Assembly (NCBI GenBank): GCA_035713075.1
Contig: DASTAD010000025.1
Coordinates: forward strand, 10,568-74,567
Origin: Candidatus Saccharimonadales bacterium
GTDB taxonomy: Bacteria; Patescibacteriota; Saccharimonadia; Saccharimonadales; UBA4665
Reading direction: 5' to 3'
Length of the DNA stretch: 64,000 bases
In this document: positions 1 through 10,168 of the stretch, in pieces
Layout: every line of letters starts with the position of its first letter
Position numbering within the stretch: the first letter of the stretch is position 1
Position numbers and translations under genes: made by a program
Notes under the pieces: generated by a model
The model's input: the letters and a program-made list of their open reading frames with translations, nothing else
Told to the model about the DNA's origin: nothing
The model's database searches: none

Positions 1-558
1 AGCGACGGCTTCAAAGACTACACCGGCCTGGCTTAGACCGGCCTGTGGTCTTGCTCCGTCGCTATTCTCTATCATGACGGCGGTAACAGGCAGCTTGTTT
101 TGCGCCGGGGTTACCGGGAGGCCGCTTAATGTCGACGGCACGGTTGTGGGCACAGCCGGCTTAGGTTTGGCTTTGGTATGGATAACTGCGGCTTCGGCAA
201 CGGGCTTAGGACCGGAATGAGAAAGCACAAAGCCTGTGATGCCTCCGCACACCAGGACAATGATTAAAGTGGCTGCCCATTCTTTTTTGCCCGGAGGCCA
301 CTTCATTTTTAAGCGCTTCAGCCAATTTGCCTTCGGAACTTTTTTCCCTTCCCCGGGAGCTGGATTGTCTTTATTCTCCTCTTCATCTTCGGCTACATCG
401 TTATCCAAGGACAGTTCATCGATATCAAAATCAGCTTTAAGCGGACTATGACCGGCCGCGTCTGCTTGGTTTAGTGTTGCTTGTTTGTCTTTTATCTGGT
501 CAAGTTTACCCGGTTCTTCGCTGGTTCGCTTGACCGACGGCTGGAAGTCGTCAATCAT
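1..558 (-). CDS. DUF3048-like membrane-anchored protein (N-terminal part only; gene runs off the window start)
   Basis: Own translation of the minus strand from the ATG at 556-558 gives MIDDFQPSVKRTSEEPGKLDQ..., one TM segment (WAATLIIVLVCGGITGFVL), then PVTAVMIENSDGARPQAGLSQAGVVFEA, which resembles the conserved start of DUF3048 domains. The frame is open to position 1, so it is absent from the ORF track. Confidence 0.6.
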   Translation of the reverse strand, partial: MIDDFQPSVKRTSEEPGKLDQIKDKQATLNQADAAGHSPLKADFDIDELSLDNDVAEDEEENKDNPAPGEGKKVPKANWLKRLKMKWPPGKKEWAATLIIVLVCGGITGFVLSHSGPKPVAEAAVIHTKAKPKPAVPTTVPSTLSGLPVTPAQNKLPVTAVMIENSDGARPQAGLSQAGVVFEAVA

Positions 559-586
559 AAGCCTTATTATAACAAAGCTTATGGTA

Positions 587-2014
587 TTAAAGGGAATCGA
601 GTTGGCGCTTAATCCTTAACAGTGATCGTTCCTTGCCTAATACGTGCAACGTGTCGCTAAGTCCAGGACTCGCGGGCGCTTGAGTAGTAGCTATTCTAAT
701 AAGACTGAATAATACGGCTGGTTTTTGATTGGTGCTTACCAGCAGCTGATTCAGTCTCGAATTTAAATCATCTATTGAAAAGTCGGAAACGTTTAGACTG
801 GCTAAACTTACGGTTAAAAGGTTGATTAATTCATCCCGGCTAAGCTTCTTCAAATGTTTGTTATTTTTTATGAGTTCGGGCATGATCTGCGGTTCGACAA
901 AGAAAAACAAGCTCAATTCAGGAATTTCAGCTAAATATTTGAGCCTCTCCTGCAATAGGCTAAGGACCAGCCTCTTGTATGATGCTTCCGCGTCGGCGGC
1001 TTCTTCTGGCCAATACGAAGCTGCCAATTCGTACAGATCGTCGATAGTTTTCGACCTTATTAAAGTGCCGTTTATCCAGGTCAAGCGTTTTTCGTCAAAG
1101 AGAGCCCCGCTTTTCTGGACTTTATTAAGATCAAATTTTGCGATAAGTTCTTCCATCGTAAAAATTTCTTGTGTCGTTCCGTCGTTCCAGCCCAGCGTCG
1201 CGATGAAGCTTACCAACGCTTCCGGTAAGTAGCCGTCCCGAATATAATCCATAATATCTTTAGCGCCGTCGCGTTTACTAAGTTTCTTTTTCCCGTCCGG
1301 GCCTAGAACCAGAGGCAAGGTTGCTAGTAATGGCCTGGAGATGCCTAGCGCTTCATATAAGTTCAAATAGTTAGGAATGCTAGATAAGAACTCCTGGCCT
1401 CTAAGGACATGAGTAATTTCCATTTCTAAATCGTCTATAATGTGGGCGAAATTATATGTCGGATATCCATCTGATTTGATTAAGATAAAATCATCGATAG
1501 ATTCCGGTGAGCTTCGCAAGTCACCCATTACTACATCGTGCCATTCATAGGCCTTCGGTTCGGACTTGAAGCGCAGCGGCACCGTTCCGTCCCATTCGAT
1601 GGTCTTAAGCGGGCGGTGATTACGGAATAGGAAAGGTGTTTTATTCTGCTGATCCTGCTGGCGCAAAGTTTCCAATTCCTTGACAGAATAAGAATCGGCA
1701 TAAGCGCGGCCGGCTGCAATTAATTTACGGGCCCATTTATGATAAATCTCAAGTCGTTGGCTTTGGATATATGGCGAAAAGGGACCGCCTATATCAGGAC
1801 CTTCATCATGCTTTAGACCAAGTGTATTTAACGAAAGAATTAGATGTTCTTTAGCGCCTTCGACTTCCCTTTTCTTATCTGTATCTTCGAAACGCAGGAC
1901 AAATTTGCCGTCATCATGACGGGCGACTAAATATGCAAACAGGGCCGTTCTAATGCCTCCGACGTGCAAAAAACCGGTTGGGCTGGGTGCGAATCTCGTT
2001 CGAACGCTAGACAT
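587..2014 (-). CDS. gltX: glutamate--tRNA ligase
   Basis: 475 aa. Class I HIGH-type motif (PSPTGFLHVGG) and KMSKS-type motif (KKLSKR). Overall GluRS-like sequence. Confidence 0.95.
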   Translation of the reverse strand: MSSVRTRFAPSPTGFLHVGGIRTALFAYLVARHDDGKFVLRFEDTDKKREVEGAKEHLILSLNTLGLKHDEGPDIGGPFSPYIQSQRLEIYHKWARKLIAAGRAYADSYSVKELETLRQQDQQNKTPFLFRNHRPLKTIEWDGTVPLRFKSEPKAYEWHDVVMGDLRSSPESIDDFILIKSDGYPTYNFAHIIDDLEMEITHVLRGQEFLSSIPNYLNLYEALGISRPLLATLPLVLGPDGKKKLSKRDGAKDIMDYIRDGYLPEALVSFIATLGWNDGTTQEIFTMEELIAKFDLNKVQKSGALFDEKRLTWINGTLIRSKTIDDLYELAASYWPEEAADAEASYKRLVLSLLQERLKYLAEIPELSLFFFVEPQIMPELIKNNKHLKKLSRDELINLLTVSLASLNVSDFSIDDLNSRLNQLLVSTNQKPAVLFSLIRIATTQAPASPGLSDTLHVLGKERSLLRIKRQLDSL

Positions 2015-2063
2015 ACCCGTTAATTATATTGTAAAAAGCCCTACTTCTTAAATAAAAAAGTCT

Positions 2064-3050
2064 TTAAGTGCTGGTTGCCATTTGAAGCAGCTGATTAACG
2101 GACAGCACGCCGTTGGATTCGATGGTATACCATATGCCGTTATCGACCCAGGTAGCGTTATGATTTCCGAAAAAGTAAACTTTAAGCCCGTCGGCGTATT
2201 CTGTCTGATATTCCGGGAAAGAAGGATTTAAAAAGCTTGTCCTTAAAGCAGAGTCATTCCAGTTGGAAGCTTTTTGGATTATGTTATATGTCGCGCCGTT
2301 GCTTGGGTTGCGGAAACTAAGGCCTATATCGCCTTGGGTATAAGCTAATTGAGACAGGCTGTAACCTGAAGGCATGACTTTCGGGACCGAAGGTGTGAAG
2401 CCGGCTTTGGCTGAAGCCATCTGTAATTTAAAGCTCGTCATGTTATGACTCAATCCCACAGCCAGGATCAACACTAAAACCGCAGTCGCCGTCCATCTGA
2501 CGGCGATTTGCCTGCGCTTTTTTCTTGGCAGCTTAAGGGGAGGCTGTTCTATGACCGAAGCTCTTTCTATGGCCCTTTCAAATATATCCAGTGTAGGAGT
2601 TACGTGCTGATGCTGATTGACGGTTTCTCTAATCGTAGCGATTTGTCTGAGCTGTCCCCTATTATGCTGGTCAGCTGTGGTTGCAGATGAAGTGAAAGTT
2701 GATCCTGCGGTTTTTGCAAAATGATCGATATGCGGGCTCTTTTGATACTTATCGAGAACTCGCCCGCGTTTATTTACCATTTGCCGCCGCTGATTCCTAA
2801 CGATTGAACGTTCTAGAAGGTTGTCGGTCGCCGAAGAAACTCGTAGTTGGCGCTTGAGGGTCGGATTTGGTTTTTTAACCGATCTCCGCATCAGCGCCAC
2901 TGATTTGGAGGGGGTATGGGCGTGACTGAAGGCTGCTCTCATGCGCCCTGACTTTACTGATGTTGCCACTTCGTCCATCATTTTTCTGTTATAAGATTTT
3001 TGTTTAAGTAACCTTAATCCTATAGTAGACCCTCTTGTGCATTGATACAA
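2064..3050 (-). CDS. hypothetical membrane-anchored protein
   Basis: Basic N-terminal half, single TM (WTATAVLVLILAVGL) and a beta-rich C-terminal domain. No family recognised. The true start may be an internal Met. Confidence 0.4.
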   Translation of the reverse strand: MYQCTRGSTIGLRLLKQKSYNRKMMDEVATSVKSGRMRAAFSHAHTPSKSVALMRRSVKKPNPTLKRQLRVSSATDNLLERSIVRNQRRQMVNKRGRVLDKYQKSPHIDHFAKTAGSTFTSSATTADQHNRGQLRQIATIRETVNQHQHVTPTLDIFERAIERASVIEQPPLKLPRKKRRQIAVRWTATAVLVLILAVGLSHNMTSFKLQMASAKAGFTPSVPKVMPSGYSLSQLAYTQGDIGLSFRNPSNGATYNIIQKASNWNDSALRTSFLNPSFPEYQTEYADGLKVYFFGNHNATWVDNGIWYTIESNGVLSVNQLLQMATST

Positions 3051-3079
3051 GTATCTCCATACTATCTAGCTAGCGAATT

Positions 3080-4564
3080 ATGGACTATTTAGATAAAGGT
3101 AAAGAATTCAGGGAAAGAATATTGTTGTTTGTCGGCTATATTCTTATAGCTGTTGGAATTGTCACCGCGACGTTGATACTAGTTTATCAGGCATACGGTT
3201 TTGGTCTCGGTAAAAATGGATCAGTTATCCAGGATGGTCTTGTTTTCTTTTCCAGCCAGCCCAATCCCGCCAATATTTACATTAACGGCACGCTTCAGCC
3301 GCAGTCGACAAATGCTCGGATATTCTTGCCTTCAGGGATCTACGACATCAAACTCACCCGTAACGGCTATCAGGATTGGACAAGGTCGATAACTGTTGAT
3401 GGCGGCGCTGTCGAACATTTCGACTACCCTATGTTATTCCCTATAAAACTTACTACGACTCAGCTTAAATCCTACTCTTCTGCCCCAGGCTTAATGACCC
3501 AGAGTCCCGACAGACGGTGGTTGCTGGTCGAAAAGCCAGGCAGTATCACTGATTTCGACTTAATTGATTTGAGTACCCCGAACCAGCCTGTCACAACTGC
3601 TTTATCTATACCGTCGAATATTCTATCCAAAGCAACTTCAGCCGAATCCTGGAAACTGGACGCCTGGGCCGACGATAACCAGCATATCCTTTTGTCTCAT
3701 GAATTCGATGGTAAAAGCGAGTATATCCTGGTTGACCGTGCCGATCCGACGCAGTCCGTCAATCTCTCTAGCACTTTACCTATCGGCCAAGACCAGCTGA
3801 CATTAAATAATAAGAAGTACGATTCTTATTACGCATATAATCCATCTGACGATACTCTTAGTAGCGTTAGTCTTGGCGATACAAGCTTAAAGCCAGTCTT
3901 AAGCCATGTGCTAGCTTTCAAGTCTTACGGCGATAACACTGTCTTATATGTGACAAATAACGGGGCCGAATCTGGAAAAGTGCTGGTAAAAATAGACCAG
4001 GCTGGTACTCGTTATACTATACGAAGTTTGCCTGCCGGCACCGGTTATCTTGTGGATTTAACCACCTATAGCGGTACGCTTTACGTAGCTGTCGGCTCAA
4101 AATCAGATAATCGGGTATATATCTACCAGGATCCCGTCAGCTTTATAACTAGTAACCCCGGGCAAGGCTTAGCCCCCATCTGGGTATTAAACGTTCCCCA
4201 GCCTACCTATTTGAGTTTCTCGGCCAGCGCCCAGTTTATTATTGCCGAAAATGGTACCGATTATGCCTCTTACGATATTCAGAATAATCTCGGTTATCTA
4301 TATGACGATCCGACACGGCCGCTTGATCCACCCCAAGCCAATGTCAGCTGGATGGACGGCGACCGCGTGACGTATGTAAGTAATGGCAAAATCGTGGTTC
4401 AGGAATACGACAACAAGAACTTCCGGGCCTTAGTCCCGGCCTCGTCCGATTATTTGCCGGCATTCTCTACCAATTATAGATACCTGTACACCTTAACGTC
4501 TGACGGTTCGAGTGGGCAGTACGATCTTAATATGACGCCTTTGATGCTACCGGCTGACCTTTAA
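3080..4564 (+). CDS. PEGA-domain membrane-anchored protein
   Basis: N-terminal TM (LLFVGYILIAVGIVTATLILVY) followed by a PEGA-like segment (ANIYINGTLQPQSTNARIFLPSGIYDIKLTRNGYQDW). Confidence 0.6.
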   Translation: MDYLDKGKEFRERILLFVGYILIAVGIVTATLILVYQAYGFGLGKNGSVIQDGLVFFSSQPNPANIYINGTLQPQSTNARIFLPSGIYDIKLTRNGYQDWTRSITVDGGAVEHFDYPMLFPIKLTTTQLKSYSSAPGLMTQSPDRRWLLVEKPGSITDFDLIDLSTPNQPVTTALSIPSNILSKATSAESWKLDAWADDNQHILLSHEFDGKSEYILVDRADPTQSVNLSSTLPIGQDQLTLNNKKYDSYYAYNPSDDTLSSVSLGDTSLKPVLSHVLAFKSYGDNTVLYVTNNGAESGKVLVKIDQAGTRYTIRSLPAGTGYLVDLTTYSGTLYVAVGSKSDNRVYIYQDPVSFITSNPGQGLAPIWVLNVPQPTYLSFSASAQFIIAENGTDYASYDIQNNLGYLYDDPTRPLDPPQANVSWMDGDRVTYVSNGKIVVQEYDNKNFRALVPASSDYLPAFSTNYRYLYTLTSDGSSGQYDLNMTPLMLPADL

Positions 4565-5889
4565 CGCTTGAAAGCCAGTTTCCTATTATCGATCTTTCTG
4601 ATGCCGTAGAGGAAAAGCATCGCAATGACGGCCAAAGTAACTAGCTTGCCTGACAAAGTACCGATAAATTTACTCCACAATGACGGACCGTTCCCGGGCA
4701 GCTGACTCGGACTAGAGTTACCTGGGTTTATTGTCGGTGAAGCCGGGGCGGCAGTATCTTTTGATGGGTCGGGGCTAATTTGTTTACCGACCACGACCAG
4801 GCGGTTGATACTGGTGCCAGGCGGGTCGCAGGTTATTAAGGTCGCCGTCGCACTCTGACCGGCGACCGGTCCGAGGACGCTAACGTCGGTCGGCGCTACG
4901 ATCGACCTTTTAATCACCGTATAAACGTAGACCTTGTCATTATTGGTCAAATAGAATGTGTCGCCCGGTACGAGAGTATGGAGCAAGACGAAAGCGAATT
5001 TGTAACGACCTTGATTGAATATATTATTGCTGCTATGACCGAAAAAGGCAGCATTACCCAGCTGCCCCGGCATAACCGTTGTCGGATAATGGACCACTCC
5101 GTCTTGTAAATCATTTTCTATGACGTTTTCGTCGGTCGAAGTTTCGGAATAATTTACTGGAATCTCAACATTTATTTTGGGAATGATGACTTCGGGCGTG
5201 CTTGTCGGGGCTATGCCACTGCTGTTTATTATTATAGGAGTGTCGGCGCTTGCTCGACTGGGTTGGATAAAAGGCGCGATTATTACTTCGTTAAAGAAAC
5301 CGAAAAGGAAAATAAAAACTACCAGCGCGCCCATACTCAGGCCGAACATCAGTGACTGCAGGTGCTGCTTAGCTGACAGCTTTCCTCCAGCACGTACTTT
5401 CTCTTTGATCTTATTTTGGATTTCGGCTGGCTTTCGGTCATCTTTCAGCTTCTTTGCCGCCCGGTTCGGCCTAGCCGCCTGATGCTTTATCCTGGCGACA
5501 GTCTTAGGCTGTTTTATTTTCTCTTTGAGGGTAGTTGAGGAGCCTGGAGCAATTGACGATTGGCTATCGTAGAATTCCTGCCAAACCTCATATTTCTCGT
5601 TATCGGGTAAATTATTATAGTAGGAATTCCATTCAACCTGGATTGCCGCTAAGTCCTTGCCGGAGCGGCTAAGCTCAAACATAAATTGCTGATGTTTGCT
5701 TCTAGGACTTGCCTGAGTCGCTTCCGCCTCTTCTTTTTGGGTATCAGGCGCATCCTGGTAGATTGCTTCTACTTTCTGCCTGATTAAATCGGCGGCGCTG
5801 TTTTCCTGCGGATTAACTTCGAATGAGCCGGTAACTACTGCGGGCTGATCTTGATCGCCAGTCTGGTTATAGTAGGGATTGTCTGCCAT
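4561..5889 (-). CDS. sortase with long N-terminal extension
   Basis: TLITCDPPG matches the sortase TLxTC catalytic Cys motif. Upstream His motif FFGHSSN. TM segments lie before and after the catalytic domain. Confidence 0.8.
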   Translation of the reverse strand: MADNPYYNQTGDQDQPAVVTGSFEVNPQENSAADLIRQKVEAIYQDAPDTQKEEAEATQASPRSKHQQFMFELSRSGKDLAAIQVEWNSYYNNLPDNEKYEVWQEFYDSQSSIAPGSSTTLKEKIKQPKTVARIKHQAARPNRAAKKLKDDRKPAEIQNKIKEKVRAGGKLSAKQHLQSLMFGLSMGALVVFIFLFGFFNEVIIAPFIQPSRASADTPIIINSSGIAPTSTPEVIIPKINVEIPVNYSETSTDENVIENDLQDGVVHYPTTVMPGQLGNAAFFGHSSNNIFNQGRYKFAFVLLHTLVPGDTFYLTNNDKVYVYTVIKRSIVAPTDVSVLGPVAGQSATATLITCDPPGTSINRLVVVGKQISPDPSKDTAAPASPTINPGNSSPSQLPGNGPSLWSKFIGTLSGKLVTLAVIAMLFLYGIRKIDNRKLAFKR

Positions 5890-5985
5890 GGTGCTTGCCT
5901 TAAAGAATCCTAGATATTGTCAGTGGTAGTATAGTACAATTACCTCTTGTAGCCTATGAGATACGCTACTTAAGGTTAATCTGCC

Positions 5986-6073
5986 GGGCGAGTGGTGAAA
6001 TTGGTATACACGCTAGACTCAAAATCTGGTGAGCTTAACGCTCGTGAGGGTTCAAGTCCCTCCTCGCCCACCA
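5986..6073 (+). tRNA. tRNA-Leu (anticodon CAA), CCA encoded
   Basis: Acceptor GGGCGAG pairs with CTCGCCC. Anticodon stem CTAGA/TCTGG with loop CTCAAAA. Long variable arm. T-arm GAGGG-TTCAAGT-CCCTC. Terminal ACCA. Confidence 0.9.
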
Positions 6074-6125
6074 TACACGGCTATAAGCATAATTATATAA
6101 CAAAAAGCTCCAAATAGCAATACTT

Positions 6126-6920
6126 TTAGACTTTAGCGACCAGGGCGCTAGTGATTGCTTCAAAAGGCTTGGCGGGATTTTGCATAAGCCAGACGCAGGC
6201 GTGCGTAGCCGCTGTGATACTCCAACTTGAAAATTCTTCTTTTGTGTTTGTCGTAGAAAGCCTTCCCGATACGGCGACGAAATCGTTATTTAAATGCCTT
6301 ACTACTATAAATGCCGGATACGCCAGACTGAATTCATGCAGCTGGTCGACAAGTCGAAGTAAATCCATATCGGAGGTAAAAGCTTTCGGGAAACGGACCG
6401 TCGTTGCCAGCTTCTGCAGCTGAGTGAATTCAGCTGCTAAAAGCGTGTTGGGCCGTTCAAGTATTGACAGTGGAGTTTTTGTGAAATATGCAAGCCCGTC
6501 CTGCGCCAGCGTAACCGGCGCTGTGGATTTTGACAGAAATTTTTCCAGTAAAATAGCTGTCTCGGAATTATGCCCGAAATCACCGGCTAGAATAACCGAG
6601 TCCGCCCACGCGGCACTGTCAATAATTTCAGCTAAGGCTTTCATTGAAAAACTGCCGCTGGGTGTGCTTGGAACGAATTCGCCGGCTTCAAATACTTTGC
6701 CGACTGTCTTTCTTAAAACGTCCGGTAATAAAACGCGCACACTTCCGGCCCCGGCTTTGACGGCTTCGGCATAAGATTCAGCCGCTGCAGCGAAACCGTG
6801 AGCATTCCCGCCGATGATAAGCAGCTTCCCGGCTTGCGATTTCATTTGTGGCCTGCTCCAGATTAAATCCGGGAAAAGCGGTTCGTTTGCCGTTTGTTTA
6901 TTCCAATAATCTCTGTCCAT
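6126..6920 (-). CDS. divergent YjeF_C/NnrD-like carbohydrate-kinase-fold protein
   Basis: LLIIGGNAHGFAAAAESYAEAVKAGAGSVRVLLPD resembles the core of ADP-dependent NAD(P)HX dehydratases. It lacks the C-terminal GxGDxLxG motif present in the paralog at 44925-45797. Confidence 0.45.
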   Translation of the reverse strand: MDRDYWNKQTANEPLFPDLIWSRPQMKSQAGKLLIIGGNAHGFAAAAESYAEAVKAGAGSVRVLLPDVLRKTVGKVFEAGEFVPSTPSGSFSMKALAEIIDSAAWADSVILAGDFGHNSETAILLEKFLSKSTAPVTLAQDGLAYFTKTPLSILERPNTLLAAEFTQLQKLATTVRFPKAFTSDMDLLRLVDQLHEFSLAYPAFIVVRHLNNDFVAVSGRLSTTNTKEEFSSWSITAATHACVWLMQNPAKPFEAITSALVAKV

Positions 6921-6949
6921 AAGAGTAAAATAGCCTTAACTAGCCGGCT

Positions 6950-7681
6950 TCATAAAAGCTGCTTCAAAGTTTTTAAGGTATAGTTGCCATTTGCAGGTAT
7001 TAATTCGTAAATGACATTCTTTCTTTCGACGACTACCTGCCAGCTTTCCTTCGTAGCATGATCGAAAAGCTTTCTGGAAGGATTGAAAGCGATTGCTTTA
7101 TCCATCATTTCTAGAAGCGGTATGTCTCCTTCCGAGTCGCCAATTCCTATGCTTTTTCTCAAATCCGCGCCGTACTTTTTCAGCAGGCGATTGAGCAGCT
7201 CAGGTTTTTTGTTGATTGATAGATCTTTTTTTCCACTTAGCATGCCGTTAAGCGATTCGTAATTAGTCGCCCCGAAGTCAGTAAAGCCATAGTACTCGGC
7301 GACTAGCCGGACTATATACTCTGGCGAACCGGATATTGCGAACATCAGCCTGCCTTCTCTTTTGAAATTCTTAATCAGATCCCGCGTGAAGGTATAGGTT
7401 TGATCTTTATATGTATCGAATACCGTCTGGCAGGCTTCTTCGAAATTAGAGTCGGTTATACCGCTCAAAGCATCGTCAAAGACGTCTATCAGGCTCATTT
7501 CGTAGCGCTTGAAAGACTCGTCAAAGGATCTGTTCTTCCAGTTCATCCGGGCAGCTTGGACGGTTTTAAAAGAAAATGAATCTATCAGGCCCATTTTAAC
7601 CAGCTGGTCGGCCAGGGCGTGGTATAGCTGCCAGCGGATAAGGGTTCCGTCGATGTCGAAGACGGCAACTTGCGCCGCCAT
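6950..7681 (-). CDS. HAD-superfamily hydrolase (subfamily IB-like)
   Basis: Motif I VFDIDGTLI and C-terminal GIGDSEGDIPLL (motif IV). Confidence 0.75.
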   Translation of the reverse strand: MAAQVAVFDIDGTLIRWQLYHALADQLVKMGLIDSFSFKTVQAARMNWKNRSFDESFKRYEMSLIDVFDDALSGITDSNFEEACQTVFDTYKDQTYTFTRDLIKNFKREGRLMFAISGSPEYIVRLVAEYYGFTDFGATNYESLNGMLSGKKDLSINKKPELLNRLLKKYGADLRKSIGIGDSEGDIPLLEMMDKAIAFNPSRKLFDHATKESWQVVVERKNVIYELIPANGNYTLKTLKQLL

Positions 7682-8604
7682 TATATATTCCCCTTCAGTC
7701 TGGATATTAGAAGCTGCTGAATGTTTGCGGCTTCGTGGGCTTTACTATGACCGTTGATAGTCCATATTAGGCGTGAATTCGGAAGGCGCTGGTCGAGCTC
7801 GTATGCCGCTGATGGCGTGCAGACCATATCATAGCGCCCTTGTATCAGATATATAGGCATACTAAGCTTTTTGGCGTTCTTTAGGAGGTAATCGTTTGCC
7901 AGAAAAAAGCCATTCATTGAATAGTGTAATTCTATCAAGCCAGGCCCAGGATCAAAGTCTTCGTAAGGCGGTAGTCTATATGTTTTATCAAGGCTCAGTA
8001 GTGCCGCCTCGGCTTTGATAACCTCGTATACAGATCGTTTCTTAACTTCTTTGTTCCCTACCCTTACTTTTTCATAATGGTAAGCAATCGGGTCGTGTTT
8101 ATACTTTTCCGGTACGCCCGCGCATAGTTCTTCCCAAACCTCGGGAAATAATGTCCGCCACTGGCCTTTTTCTAGCCAATCTAGTTGAGCCCGCGTGGCT
8201 GTTAAGATACCATCCAGCACCATTCCCCCGACCCGATCCGGATTTGTAATACCATAAGCTAAAGCTAATGCCGATCCCCAAGAGCCACCGACTATGACAA
8301 CTTTTTTTATCGCTAAAGTATCAAGCACCGTGTCGATGTCGGCCACTAAGTCGCTTGTTGTATTAGTGGCAGTCTCTCCGGTAGGAGTGCTATTGCCGCT
8401 GCCGCGCTGGTCGATGAAAATGACACGGTTAGTCGAGGCGTCAAACCGCAGCTTGTCGGTGTCTTTGCAGCCGCTGCCGGGCCCACCGTGCAAGAAAAGG
8501 ATTGGAGTTTTTGCCGTACTATCGCCCCAATCTTGGACATAAATTTTATGCCCGTTACCTACATTAATATGACGTTCATTAAGTGTGTCTACATCCGCTG
8601 TCAT
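7681..8604 (-). CDS. pip: prolyl aminopeptidase (alpha/beta hydrolase)
   Basis: LFLHGGPGSG oxyanion motif typical of proline iminopeptidases and GGSWGS nucleophile elbow. 307 aa. Confidence 0.8.
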   Translation of the reverse strand: MTADVDTLNERHINVGNGHKIYVQDWGDSTAKTPILFLHGGPGSGCKDTDKLRFDASTNRVIFIDQRGSGNSTPTGETATNTTSDLVADIDTVLDTLAIKKVVIVGGSWGSALALAYGITNPDRVGGMVLDGILTATRAQLDWLEKGQWRTLFPEVWEELCAGVPEKYKHDPIAYHYEKVRVGNKEVKKRSVYEVIKAEAALLSLDKTYRLPPYEDFDPGPGLIELHYSMNGFFLANDYLLKNAKKLSMPIYLIQGRYDMVCTPSAAYELDQRLPNSRLIWTINGHSKAHEAANIQQLLISRLKGNI

Positions 8605-9401
8605 AAATCTAGTGTAACAGATATGGGACAGTGGTCTGAGCCTAGCACTTCGGGATGGATGTCGGCAGATTTTACTTTAGTCTTTATTGACGAAGCTACC
8701 ATCAGGTAATCGATCCTCCAGCCAACATTTCTAGCCCGGGCGTTGGCGAAATGCGACCACCAGGTGTAATGCCCGTTACCTTGATGATACATGCGGAAGC
8801 TGTCGATGAAACCCTGATCGATAAACGCCTGGAATCCGCTGATCTCTTCGCGGGTGAAGCCTTTCTTGCCTTTGTTGGCCTTCGGATTAGCCAAGTCATC
8901 CTCAGTATGCGCGACATTAATGTCACCGCCGAAAATGACTGGCTTTTGCTCATTCAATTTAGTCACGTATTCAAGAAATGCCGGATCCCACTGTTTGTAT
9001 TTCAAAGGTATCCGGCTTAAATCTTCTTTCGCATTCGGTGTATATACGCTTATCAGCCAGAATTTTTCATACTCGACCGCCATTACTCTGCCTTCTAAAT
9101 TCGGATCGCCGTAAATGTCACCTGTCAGATTATGATGTTCTATTACGTCCTTAGGAAAGCCGTTTATTACTTGTAGGGGAGCCAGTTTCGAGATTATTGC
9201 CGTACCGCTATAACCGGCTTTTTCAGCGGGATACCAGAAGGCGTCGTATCCATATAACGGTATATCTATCTGGTCGGGTTTAGCTTTTATCTCTTGAAGC
9301 AGTAATATGTCCGGCTTATGCTCATCGATAAATTTCGTCCATAGGCCTTTCTTATGGACAGCTCGAATGCCATTAACATTCCACGAATAGATTTTTATCA
9401 T
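8601..9401 (-). CDS. xth: exodeoxyribonuclease III
   Basis: N-terminal IYSWNVNGIRA, GDINVAH and C-terminal GSDHCPISV motifs of the ExoIII/APE1 family. Confidence 0.9.
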   Translation of the reverse strand: MIKIYSWNVNGIRAVHKKGLWTKFIDEHKPDILLLQEIKAKPDQIDIPLYGYDAFWYPAEKAGYSGTAIISKLAPLQVINGFPKDVIEHHNLTGDIYGDPNLEGRVMAVEYEKFWLISVYTPNAKEDLSRIPLKYKQWDPAFLEYVTKLNEQKPVIFGGDINVAHTEDDLANPKANKGKKGFTREEISGFQAFIDQGFIDSFRMYHQGNGHYTWWSHFANARARNVGWRIDYLMVASSIKTKVKSADIHPEVLGSDHCPISVTLDL

Positions 9402-9451
9402 TGGCTAAAGTATAGCCTTCGCTATGGCTATTTGCTAGACTGAAGAATTAG

Positions 9452-10168
9452 ATGCAGGAAAAATCTTATAAGAGAGTTTTATTAAAGCTATCGGGGGAGC
9501 AGCTGGCAGGCCAGTATGAATTCGGAGTTGATCCCGAGATCGCAGCTTTTTTAGCCAGAGAAGTCAAAAAAGCGACAGACGCAGGCTGCCAGGTGGTAAT
9601 GATAGTTGGAGGCGGCAATATGGTGCGCGGCGCCAGGATCGCCGGCCACGGAATCAGACGGGTGACCGCCGATCAGATGGGAATGTTAAGCGGGCTCATT
9701 AATTCGATAGCGCTGACAGACATTTTTGAGGATAACGGAGTCAAGACCCGGTGTCTAAGTAATATATACGCCCAGCAGGTAGCGGAGTCTTATTCGTACA
9801 GACTGGCAGAAAAGCACCTCCAAAAAGGCCGCGTCGCCATAATTGCGGGCGGTACGGCCAGGCCCTACGTCACGCATGATACGGCAGCTGTCAGCTTCGC
9901 TCTTGAGCTTGATTGCCAGGTAGTCTTAAAAGCTACTAAGTTTGACGGTGTTTACGATGCCGATCCGGCAGTTCATCCGACCGCTAAGAAGCTAGATGAA
10001 GTGTCCTTCCAAGATGCCGTGGAAGACAATGCCATCAGAGTTATGGATAAGGCTGCCATAGGGCTGGCGATGGAACAGAACAAACCGATTATCGTCTTTG
10101 ACGTAATGAGCGAGAATAACCTTTTGAAGATCGTTAAAGGCGAATCCGTCGGTACCTTGATCAGATAG
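9452..10168 (+). CDS. pyrH: UMP kinase
   Basis: KRVLLKLSGE and MIVGGGNMVRG motifs. 238 aa. Confidence 0.9.
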   Translation: MQEKSYKRVLLKLSGEQLAGQYEFGVDPEIAAFLAREVKKATDAGCQVVMIVGGGNMVRGARIAGHGIRRVTADQMGMLSGLINSIALTDIFEDNGVKTRCLSNIYAQQVAESYSYRLAEKHLQKGRVAIIAGGTARPYVTHDTAAVSFALELDCQVVLKATKFDGVYDADPAVHPTAKKLDEVSFQDAVEDNAIRVMDKAAIGLAMEQNKPIIVFDVMSENNLLKIVKGESVGTLIR

